Sequence record: SRR22947727_788
Length of the DNA: 64,000 nt
Reading direction: 5' to 3' (one strand)
Shown here: piece after piece, positions 19,970 through 29,861 of the stretch
How the letters are laid out: each line of letters opens with the position of its first letter
Position numbering within the stretch: position 1 is the stretch's first letter
Notes under the pieces: model-generated
What the model saw: only the letters and a program-made list of their open reading frames with translations
The model's database searches: none
Told to the model about the DNA's origin: nothing
Translations under genes and position numbers: made by a program

Positions 19970-20911
19970 GTGAAGAATAATCGGATTGCCTCGTTGTTCT
20001 CATCGCTAAGTCACAAACCTCTGAACGCCACTGCCGCGTTGAGCCTCCTTGGCATGCTGACGGTCGTGCTCCTCTATGCGGTTGACACGCGGGAAATTCT
20101 CGGGGTGTCCGTGTGGGAGAAGCCCCTCAAGTTCCTAATCTCTGCGACAGTCTATGCAACGACTTTTTCCTGGCTTTACGCCTTCGTCGACAAAGGCAAA
20201 AAGCTTGCATCCCTGATGGGGAGCCTCATCGCAATCATGCTGGTTGTCGAACTCATTGCGATCACAGGCATGGCATCTGTGGGCTCCACGAGCCACTTCA
20301 ACGTATCTACACCGTTCAACATCGCCGTATGGTCTGTCATGGCGACCGCAATCTCGATCGTCTGGGTAGCAACCTTCCTGCTCTCTGCCGGCCTGTGGAA
20401 TTCCGGAAGGATGTCCGCCGACCTTCGGCTTGCGGTCCGATGGGCTATCGGCCTCGGGCTTGCGGGGATGGGCATTGCCTTCACCATGACACCCCCTCAG
20501 CCACAACAAACTCTTCCTGAGAATTGGGCTGGAGTTGCAGGCGCACATACTGTCGGGGCTGCAGACGGTGGGCCGGGTCTACCCTTTTTTGGCTGGTCTA
20601 CTGATGCAGGAGACCTCCGTGTCTCTCATTTTTTTGGCCTTCACGCGCTGCAGGTACTGCCGCTGGTGGCGCTCCTTCTCTCCGTGCTTGTCGCGAGCGA
20701 CAGACTTCGGGTGGCGACGATTACTGGAGTTGCTACGAGCTACACTCTCGTGGTTGCGTTTACCTATGTCCAAGCGTTGCTCGGGCAAACGATCGCCCAA
20801 GCATCAACTCTCGTAGCTTTGGGCAGCATTCTGCTCCTGGGGCTCACCGTTGCAGGTTTTACCTATAGACGCTCTTCGAAAACCACTGCGGGCAATGTTC
20901 GTGGAGCCTAG
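19970..20911 (+). CDS. Cassette 1 cargo: hypothetical multi-pass membrane protein
   Basis: 313 aa; WEKPLKF, GAHTVGAADGGPGLP..GWST..GDLRV.HF.GLHALQ; TAG stop lies inside repeat R2. Confidence 0.8.
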   Translation: MKNNRIASLFSSLSHKPLNATAALSLLGMLTVVLLYAVDTREILGVSVWEKPLKFLISATVYATTFSWLYAFVDKGKKLASLMGSLIAIMLVVELIAITGMASVGSTSHFNVSTPFNIAVWSVMATAISIVWVATFLLSAGLWNSGRMSADLRLAVRWAIGLGLAGMGIAFTMTPPQPQQTLPENWAGVAGAHTVGAADGGPGLPFFGWSTDAGDLRVSHFFGLHALQVLPLVALLLSVLVASDRLRVATITGVATSYTLVVAFTYVQALLGQTIAQASTLVALGSILLLGLTVAGFTYRRSSKTTAGNVRGA

Positions 20912-20984
20912 CTAGATCCACCCGGCCTCACATTGGCTTGTTTGAGGGGCTGTTTTCCAGAATTACAACAATAAATTACAACTA
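20901..20984. repeat. Cassette-boundary repeat R2 (84 bp, att-like)
   Basis: GTGGAGCCTAGCTAGATCCAC...AATTACAACAATAAATTACAACTA; first 11 nt identical to 24097-24107 (tRNA-Ala 3' end). Confidence 0.92.
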
Positions 20985-21054
20985 CCCGACTCAAAGTGCA
21001 GGTCAAAAAAATCTTCGTGAGGCTCACCTTTCCCCGCTGCTTTAGATTTGTCTC

Positions 21055-21483
21055 ATGACCTCATTCAGCATCACTGAGCTTGGCCCACTCTCTTCCTGGA
21101 GAGACTTTGTCGGAGGTTTTCGGCCCGACACAACACGCCCGGGACGACGTGTCGTTGATCACGAGGTCATAGGAGAAGTCATCGGCTTCACCGCGAACTC
21201 TTACGAACCCGGAGAACAGGCTGGTTACTGGCATGTCCATTCTGTTCTCGAAGAGGTCTATATCTTTCTTGAAGGAGAAGGCCAGATGGGGCTTGATTCC
21301 GAGATAGTAGACGTCCACCCAGGGACAGTTGTTCTAGTCAAGCCTGGGGTTATGAGAACGTGGAGATGCAAGCCAGACAGCTCCACAAACTTGAAATGGA
21401 TATGTGTCAGAGCTGGCCAACGTCCGCTCCCGCCGGTGCCAGATGATGCCGAGCCTCTGTGGGGCTTGGAACTTCCGTGGTGA
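21055..21483 (+). CDS. Cassette 2 cargo: cupin domain protein
   Basis: PGE..YWHVH..EEVYIFLEGEG, PGTVV.V.PG..R; ATG 6 nt after TAGATT. Confidence 0.82.
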   Translation: MTSFSITELGPLSSWRDFVGGFRPDTTRPGRRVVDHEVIGEVIGFTANSYEPGEQAGYWHVHSVLEEVYIFLEGEGQMGLDSEIVDVHPGTVVLVKPGVMRTWRCKPDSSTNLKWICVRAGQRPLPPVPDDAEPLWGLELPW

Positions 21484-21488
21484 ATTTT

Positions 21489-21572
21489 GTGGAGCCTAGT
21501 TGGATCCACTCGCCCCTACATCGGCTTGTTTGAGGGTCTGTTTTTGGAAATTACAACTAAAAATTACAACTA
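21489..21572. repeat. Cassette-boundary repeat R3 (84 bp, att-like)
   Basis: GTGGAGCCTAGTTGGATCCAC...AATTACAACTAAAAATTACAACTA. Confidence 0.92.
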
Positions 21573-21648
21573 TGTTTCCGACAGTGCTTGATGGCAATCC
21601 TGTGCAGCTATACCTTCCACAAACGTCACCCGGTTTCACTATCGAGCA

Positions 21649-21885
21649 TTAGGTGACTTTGCGTTTCCGAATCTTGTGGACAACCACAAGCACAACGGAC
21701 AAAAAGATTCCGAATAACCCCAAAATCACTGCAAAGGATGCAAGCCCTAACGCCCAGAACTCCTCAATCAACCATCCGTTTTCGTCTACATACGACCCAA
21801 CACTGTTGTAGTAAACAGCAAGAAGAAAAGCAGAGAAAAATAGACAACAGGAGACAACCAAGAGAGCTTTCACAAAGCGAGTCAT
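21649..21885 (-). CDS. Cassette 3 cargo: small two-TM protein, DUF3955-like
   Basis: 78 aa, TM-GSYVDENGWLIEEF-TM-basic tail; ATG 7 nt after TAGGCT. Confidence 0.7.
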   Translation of the reverse strand: MTRFVKALLVVSCCLFFSAFLLAVYYNSVGSYVDENGWLIEEFWALGLASFAVILGLFGIFLSVVLVVVHKIRKRKVT

Positions 21886-21952
21886 AGCTGCGAGCCTACG
21901 GGAAGAAATTCCTCGAATACGGCCTGACGGGACGAGGCCTGATTGTGATTTG

Positions 21953-22036
21953 GTGGAGCCGAGTCAGATCCAATCGGCCTTAGATCGGCCTGTTTGAGCT
22001 TCTGTTTTTCGAGGTTACAACTAAAAATTACAACTA
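21953..22036. repeat. Cassette-boundary repeat R4 (84 bp, att-like)
   Basis: GTGGAGCCGAGTCAGATCCAA...GGTTACAACTAAAAATTACAACTA. Confidence 0.92.
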
Positions 22037-22179
22037 TTTTCTGGTTTTCCGAGAGTCAAACCGCACATATGCGTCCCCGAAAGTAAATCAATAGCCCTGC
22101 AACAAACCCAAATTCCCACCCAATTGTCCAATACCGAATTATCAGTTTGCTATTGCCGGGCTAGTTCTCGTCGCATGGG

Positions 22180-23544
22180 TTATTCCTGCGGCCCTGATTC
22201 AATTGACCAGAAATTGACGGTGTCCTTAAATGGTGTCTCTGGAGGATAAATCCAATCTGGTACCCCCTCGGAAAGGTCATAATTTTTCATAAAATCCTCA
22301 TACTCATCGTAAAAATCATCCATAGTCATCCCAACGTGCTTTTCGAACGACCCGTGCCATCCCAGCCGCCACGAATCCTCCAAGATGGAAACCATAGTGA
22401 TCTCTGGCGAAGTGATGTGCATAAGATAACGGGCCATAAGGTTCCAGTGATCTACGTCGCACTCTGCTGCATGTCCATTCGCCGTCCCATTGTCCCACTC
22501 CTGACGAGCATCGACCTCTGTACAGGGGCCGCCGGACTGCATCCTCTTTATGTAGGCCACGAATTCATCTTCAAACCAACCGCAGCACGAACCAGCAATG
22601 GCGTATTTCGTCTTAAATATTTGAGACGGCCAGTCCTCTTTGCTAGCGACAATCTCGTCGTACCCTAAGCCGCTTTTTTTAGTCACATCAAACTCGTCAA
22701 AATGATCACGAAGAATCCACCCTGGCGAAAGTTGCGCGGTCCCCTCCATCCACCACCTAGGAGCGAAACCGTCGGGGGGCATCGGAGCATCTGGGCCGTT
22801 CCCCTCAGAACCCTCCTTGCCGAGCTGGTGCGCTCTTTGAACATGGTGATGGTATTCGTGAATTAGCCCGTTGAGCATCCGGTACTGGATCGCTGGCAAA
22901 CCATAAAACTCCAGTTCGTCGGGATTGGATATCACTAACCGGTTATTGCAAAACGAATAGGCGTCGCGAACACGGTCTGGTCCACTGCTAAAGCCACTGA
23001 GGCACGAAGCCCGCTCATTTACAAGACTGAAATCGGGGGTAACGCCAGGTTCAAAGTTGTACTCAAAATACCCCAAGCCATCGAGGCCGTCGACTAGTTC
23101 TCGATTTTGGAAGCTTTCGTCTGGGTTGTAACTTGCTAAAACCCAGCGGTCGTAACCGCCGAAATTATCGATAAGAATATCCATCATCTTAAGGACATCG
23201 CCTCGCCATTCGGGGGTCACGTTGTCTCCAAAGAAAATGTGGAACTCGGGATCCCTCTTGGGTATGTTCATCCCCTCGTTCGCGAGCCACAGACCGTCTT
23301 CGAGAAATTCTTTAGGCAAATCCTCGCCACCAACAGGGCAGTAACGGTGTGTATAGTTTGCCGCTGAAATCTCAGATTCCCTCGTCGGTGGTTCACATGG
23401 TGGTGAAGCTTCGGACGTTGTTTCAGTTGGAGGAGCTGACACCTCGGTCAATTCCGCGGCACTTTCAGACGAAGAATCGTCGCCTGCGCAGCTAGCTAAC
23501 GTGAGACTTGCAACCATGGCCAAAACCGCAAACTTTTTATACAT
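22180..23544 (-). CDS. Cassette 4 cargo: lipoprotein with HExxH (zincin-like) motif
   Basis: MYKKFAVLAMVASLTLASC lipobox; IHEYHH then WWMEGTA; SD GGAG; promoter TTGAAC-N17-TACTTT (23611-23583). Confidence 0.75.
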   Translation of the reverse strand: MYKKFAVLAMVASLTLASCAGDDSSSESAAELTEVSAPPTETTSEASPPCEPPTRESEISAANYTHRYCPVGGEDLPKEFLEDGLWLANEGMNIPKRDPEFHIFFGDNVTPEWRGDVLKMMDILIDNFGGYDRWVLASYNPDESFQNRELVDGLDGLGYFEYNFEPGVTPDFSLVNERASCLSGFSSGPDRVRDAYSFCNNRLVISNPDELEFYGLPAIQYRMLNGLIHEYHHHVQRAHQLGKEGSEGNGPDAPMPPDGFAPRWWMEGTAQLSPGWILRDHFDEFDVTKKSGLGYDEIVASKEDWPSQIFKTKYAIAGSCCGWFEDEFVAYIKRMQSGGPCTEVDARQEWDNGTANGHAAECDVDHWNLMARYLMHITSPEITMVSILEDSWRLGWHGSFEKHVGMTMDDFYDEYEDFMKNYDLSEGVPDWIYPPETPFKDTVNFWSIESGPQE

Positions 23545-23729
23545 AACGCTCCGCCCCCGCACTAAGTCAAAAATTCGGTGAAAAAGTATCACGGCCGACC
23601 CACCAGTTCAACCCTTTGAACTGCGGGTTAGAGGACCGTTTTGGGCTAGCGGGTGTTGTTATTGGCGCTATTGAACATTTACCCGACCCCCGGAAAAGGC
23701 CGGTAGGTACACCCCCAAGGTAAATCCTC

Positions 23730-23813
23730 GTGGGGCCTATTTAGATCCACTCGGCCTTAGATCGCCGTTTTTGGGCCTCTGTTTTTCAAAATTACAACTA
23801 AAAATTACAGCTA
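23730..23813. repeat. Cassette-boundary repeat R5 (84 bp, att-like)
   Basis: GTGGGGCCTATTTAGATCCAC...AATTACAACTAAAAATTACAGCTA. Confidence 0.92.
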
Positions 23814-23894
23814 TTCGACATTCTTGAAATCCCGTTATTGTGACGCGCGGTCTTCGATCGAAGTTGATTCTTTATCCACCGGCAGAGTGGTTGC

Positions 23895-24089
23895 ATGCTT
23901 TGGTGGATCGCAATGATTGCAATCGGCGTGTGGATGGCCATGAGTGGCTTTACGAAATCGAACGCGACACCGTTCAAATACCTTTTGGCAAGGGCAGCGT
24001 TGGTCTGGAAATCCAAAGCACACAGCTTCTTAGGTTTCTCAGGTGTAGTAGCTGCTCTAGTTGGAGCGTTTCTCCTGATTAGTAAATAA
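23895..24089 (+). CDS. Cassette 5 cargo: small hydrophobic membrane protein
   Basis: 64 aa with two hydrophobic segments; fills the space between R5 and tRNA-Ala. Confidence 0.6.
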   Translation: MLWWIAMIAIGVWMAMSGFTKSNATPFKYLLARAALVWKSKAHSFLGFSGVVAALVGAFLLISK

Positions 24090-24097
24090 TTTCGTCG

Positions 24098-24170
24098 TGG
24101 AGCCTAGGGGAATCGAACCCCTGACCTCCTGCTTGCAAAGCAGGCGCTCTACCAATTGAGCTAAGGCCCC
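24098..24170 (-). tRNA. tRNA-Ala(TGC)
   Basis: GGGGCCTTAGCTCAATTGGTAGAGCGCCTGC-TTTGCAA-GCAGG...GGTTCGATTCCCCTAGGCTCCA; CCA not encoded. Confidence 0.97.
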
Positions 24171-24189
24171 TCATATATTTAGTTGTGCG

Positions 24190-24263
24190 TGGGGCTACCA
24201 GGACTTGAACCTGGGACCTCTTCGTTATCAGCGAAGCGCTCTAACCGCCTGAGCTATAGCCCC
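24190..24263 (-). tRNA. tRNA-Ile(GAT)
   Basis: GGGGCTATAGCTCAGGCGGTTAGAGCGCTTCG-CTGATAA-CGAAG...GGTTCAAGTCCTGGTAGCCCCA. Confidence 0.97.
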
Positions 24264-24312
24264 CTAGACCGCATACGACATTAGCGCAAAGGTGGGCACC
24301 AAGCCCAATCGA

Positions 24313-24729
24313 CTAGGTGTTGGTGAACCCCACAGTCAATCCACCCGTCAGTCTAGCAATCGCGTTATAGAGCACGGCACCCAGGGAACCGAGAACAGTC
24401 AGCGACACCAGGTTGATCAGTGCCCCCACGAAAGCCAAGAGAGTGACTTGTCCGAAGCTCAGGAGAGCGAGGATTGCTCCTCCTCCATCCCCCAAAATGT
24501 CTCCCACAATGCCCTCCAAAGCGCCGATGACACCCACGGTGTTCAAGAGGGACCAGGACAAAATCACCGACAAGAACACGGTGATGGAGACGGCGAGAGA
24601 AACCAATGATGAGAGCTTTACAGCAGACCACACGTCGACATAGACCAGGTTCAGTCGAACCTGCTTAACCTGTGGCGATGAGGTGGAAGCCTTACGGCCT
24701 TCAGGTTGAACGATAGGGATTTCACTCAT
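24313..24729 (-). CDS. DUF3566 membrane protein
   Basis: [14 protein letters not shown]...[12 protein letters not shown]; conserved position after gyrA. Confidence 0.85.
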   Translation of the reverse strand: MSEIPIVQPEGRKASTSSPQVKQVRLNLVYVDVWSAVKLSSLVSLAVSITVFLSVILSWSLLNTVGVIGALEGIVGDILGDGGGAILALLSFGQVTLLAFVGALINLVSLTVLGSLGAVLYNAIARLTGGLTVGFTNT

Positions 24730-27268
24730 CGGAGGTTTCTTTCTCGACGGGGGGCTCTTGTGCTTCCACGACACTACTACTCTCGTCGTTCTCGGGTTCT
24801 GCTAGGTCCCGCTCCTGGTTGCGAGCAATCCCCAGCACCTTGTCATCCTCTGACAAACGCGCGAAGACAACACCCATGGTGTCTCGTCCCTTAGCGGGAA
24901 CCTCCGAAACACCCGAGCGGACAACCTTTCCGCTCTCGAGCACGATCAATACTTCGTCGTCTTCGTCGACAATCATGGCGCCGGCAAGCGCGCCTCTGGT
25001 GTCAGAGAGCTTCGCAACCTTGATGCCTAGGCCTCCACGCTGCTGCGACCGGTACTGATCCACCGCTGTGCGCTTCGCGTAACCACCTTCGGTGACCACA
25101 AAGACAAAGCCTTCATCACTGACGACGGAGGCAGAGAGCAACTGGTCATCGCCTCGGAACTGCATACCCTTGACACCTGCGGTGGAGCGGCCCATCGGAC
25201 GAAGGCTCTGATCTGATGCCGTGAAGCGCAGAGACATACCCGCCCTGGAGACCAACAGCATGTCATCCCCCTCGTTGAGGAGTCTCGCGGCGACAACCTC
25301 GTCACCTTCCTTGAGGTTGATGGCGATAATTCCACCCTGACGGTTGGTGTCGTACTGAGTGAGGGCAGTCTTCTTGATCATGCCCTGCTTGGTCGCAAGA
25401 ACCAGATACTGAGCCGCTTCGTAGTTGGCGATATCGAGGATCTGGGCAATGCTCTCGTCAGGCTGCAGAGCGAGCAGGTTCGCCACGTGCTGCCCCTTCG
25501 CATCACGGCCAGCCTCTTGAACTTCATACGCCTTGGCGCGGTAGACGCGACCGAGGTTGGTGAAGAACAACAACCATCGATGTGTGGTCGTCACAAAGAA
25601 ATGCTCGACCACATCGTCAGCGCGGAGCTGCGCACCCCGGACACCTTTACCACCGCGGTGTTGGCTCCTGTAGTTGTCGCTCCGAGTTCGCTTGATATAG
25701 CCACCGCGGGTGACCGTGATGACCATCTCTTCCTCGGGAATCAGGTCTTCATCGGTCATTCCACCTTCGAAGCCCTGGAGAATCTCGGTTCGGCGATCAT
25801 CACCAAAACGGTCAACAATCTCCTGAAGCTCCTCGGACACGATCGCGCGCTGTCTCTCGTCACTGGCGAGGATGGACTTGTATTCGGCGATCATCTTTTC
25901 AAGCTCTGCTGCCTGGTCCATAATCTTCTGACGCTCGAGTGCTGCCAGGCGACGAAGCTGGAGGTTCAGGATGGCGAGAGCTTGGTCCTCATCGACGCCC
26001 AGGAGTTTCTGGAGGCCTTCTTTGGCCTCTTCGACTGTAGGTGACTTTCGAATGAGGGCAATGACCTCATCTAAAGCGTCGAGAGCTTTGAGATAACCGC
26101 GCAGGATGTGAGCGTCGGCTTCAGCTTTGTCCAAGCGGAACTGCGTCCGGCGAACAATCACTTCAATTTGGTGGCTTACCCAGAAGGAAATAAATCCATC
26201 AAGGGTCAGGGTTCTGGGAACCCCATCCACAATGGCCAACATGTTGGCGCCAAAGTTCTCTTGCAAAGACGTGTGCTTGTAAAGGTTGTTAAGGACTACC
26301 TTCGCGACCGCGTCACGTTTGAGGACAATGACCAGTCGCTGTCCGGTGCGACCCGATGTTTCGTCCCTAATGTCAGCAATTCCGCTGAGTTTTCCTTCTT
26401 TGACGAGGTCAGCGATCTTGATCGCTAGGTTGTCCGGGTTCACCTGATAAGGGAGCTCGGTGACCACGAGACAGGTGCGACCTTGAATCTCCTCTACCGT
26501 GACGACTGCGCGCATCGTGATCGACCCACGACCCGTGCGATAGGCGTCCTGGATTCCTTTGGACCCAAGGATTTGAGCGCCGGTGGGGAAATCTGGACCC
26601 TTAACCTCGCCCATGGCGGCCTCGAGAAGCTCTTCCCGGGAAGCCGTGGGATTCGCGAGGTGCCACAGCGCTGCGGCTGCGACCTCGCGCAAGTTGTGGG
26701 GTGGGATGTTGGTGGCCATACCCACGGCGATACCCACAGAACCGTTGACCAAGAGATTCGGGAAACGGCTCGGCAGAATGGTGGGCTCTTGGGTCCGACC
26801 GTCGTAGTTGTCTTGAAAATCGACGGTGTTCTCGTCGATATCGCGCACCATCTCCATGGCAAGATTCGCCATCTTGGTTTCGGTGTATCGAGGTGCGGCA
26901 GCTCCGTCATTTCCGGGGCTTCCGAAGTTTCCCTGACCTGCAGCGAGGGGATAGCGAAGGCTCCACGGTTGAACCAGGCGAACGAGAGCGTCATAAATGG
27001 CGCTGTCACCGTGGGGGTGAAACTTACCCATGACGTCACCGACAACACGGGAGCACTTGGAGAAGGCCTTATCGGGGCGATACCCGCCGTCATACATCGA
27101 GTACAGAACACGGCGGTGAACAGGCTTCAATCCATCGCGAACGTCAGGCAATGCGCGCCCCACGATGACGCTCATGGCGTAGTCGAGGTAGGACCTCTGC
27201 ATCTCCACCTGGAGATCAACTTGGTCAATCTTGTCGGCAGCTGGTTTCTGTGTCGTCTCGTCAGTCAT
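24722..27268 (-). CDS. gyrA: DNA gyrase subunit A
   Basis: [25 protein letters not shown], GyrA-box QHRGGKG. Confidence 0.97.
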   Translation of the reverse strand: MTDETTQKPAADKIDQVDLQVEMQRSYLDYAMSVIVGRALPDVRDGLKPVHRRVLYSMYDGGYRPDKAFSKCSRVVGDVMGKFHPHGDSAIYDALVRLVQPWSLRYPLAAGQGNFGSPGNDGAAAPRYTETKMANLAMEMVRDIDENTVDFQDNYDGRTQEPTILPSRFPNLLVNGSVGIAVGMATNIPPHNLREVAAAALWHLANPTASREELLEAAMGEVKGPDFPTGAQILGSKGIQDAYRTGRGSITMRAVVTVEEIQGRTCLVVTELPYQVNPDNLAIKIADLVKEGKLSGIADIRDETSGRTGQRLVIVLKRDAVAKVVLNNLYKHTSLQENFGANMLAIVDGVPRTLTLDGFISFWVSHQIEVIVRRTQFRLDKAEADAHILRGYLKALDALDEVIALIRKSPTVEEAKEGLQKLLGVDEDQALAILNLQLRRLAALERQKIMDQAAELEKMIAEYKSILASDERQRAIVSEELQEIVDRFGDDRRTEILQGFEGGMTDEDLIPEEEMVITVTRGGYIKRTRSDNYRSQHRGGKGVRGAQLRADDVVEHFFVTTTHRWLLFFTNLGRVYRAKAYEVQEAGRDAKGQHVANLLALQPDESIAQILDIANYEAAQYLVLATKQGMIKKTALTQYDTNRQGGIIAINLKEGDEVVAARLLNEGDDMLLVSRAGMSLRFTASDQSLRPMGRSTAGVKGMQFRGDDQLLSASVVSDEGFVFVVTEGGYAKRTAVDQYRSQQRGGLGIKVAKLSDTRGALAGAMIVDEDDEVLIVLESGKVVRSGVSEVPAKGRDTMGVVFARLSEDDKVLGIARNQERDLAEPENDESSSVVEAQEPPVEKETSDE

Positions 27269-27277
27269 GCGCGTGTC

Positions 27278-29248
<1,971 letters not shown>

Positions 29249-29396
29249 TTACTCCTGAAGCTGGGCTCGGATGGCGCAAAAACCCAGAAATATCGGGGAT
29301 TATTGCTAGCTCACAGTCTATCGAAGAGGGGTCCTAGAAAGGCCTATTTTGGCCCTCTGCGGACAGATTTCTTTTCTTTCCACCAATTAGGGGTTT

Positions 29397-29861
29397 CTAG
29401 CCATAAGTATCGCGCGGGCCACGCCCTGGAACAGAGCGTGAGCCATGTTTCCAGGAGGGGGCACCCGGTGCTTTTACGACAATGTCCGACACGCCGGCCT
29501 GAGGGAAGCGCTCTTGGAGAGCCTGGAGCAGGTTCTTTTTCATGAGTTTTAGCTGCGTGGCCCACGCACTGGAGTCGCACTGAATCTCTAGTGACCCTTC
29601 GTGAAAACCGATGGGAGAAGCGTGTGCGGCGACATCGTCGCCGACAATATCGGCCCAATGTTCATTGAGATCCGCGCGAGCCAGGCTCGGCGCCCAGCCC
29701 ATAGATTGCGTGAGCTCATCGAAAGCGTCCGCCATAGATCCCGGATCACGAAGGTCACCAAACGGTTCCGATCCACTGATTGCCCCTTTTTCACGTGCTC
29801 GATAACCCCCAAACTTTGTGCGCAGTCGCTGATACACATTGCGGGCTTCAGGAGTGGTCAT
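29397..29861 (-). CDS. dciA: DUF721/DciA family protein
   Basis: W..IVG..VA.HA.P, CDSSAWATQL, GRGPRDTYG; between recF and gyrB. Confidence 0.85.
   Translation of the reverse strand: MTTPEARNVYQRLRTKFGGYRAREKGAISGSEPFGDLRDPGSMADAFDELTQSMGWAPSLARADLNEHWADIVGDDVAAHASPIGFHEGSLEIQCDSSAWATQLKLMKKNLLQALQERFPQAGVSDIVVKAPGAPSWKHGSRSVPGRGPRDTYG

Larger units (their letters stand above)
19889..24107. mobile_element. Tandem array of five integrase-less gene modules at the tRNA-Ala 3' end
   Basis: Five related repeats alternate with single unrelated genes and end at the tRNA-Ala 3' end; mobility is inferred. Confidence 0.75.

Noticed and set aside
19889-23813. CRISPR array interpretation of the repeats
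   Set aside because: Repeats are 84 bp, the intervening segments are hundreds of bp to 1.7 kb and contain whole genes, and there are no cas genes.
19889-23813. Classical integron attC sites or Xer/pdif modules
   Set aside because: The repeat is not a full-length palindrome with RYYYAAC...GTTRRRY ends and does not resemble an 11-6-11 dif site. There is no intI, and the core matches the tRNA-Ala 3' end instead.
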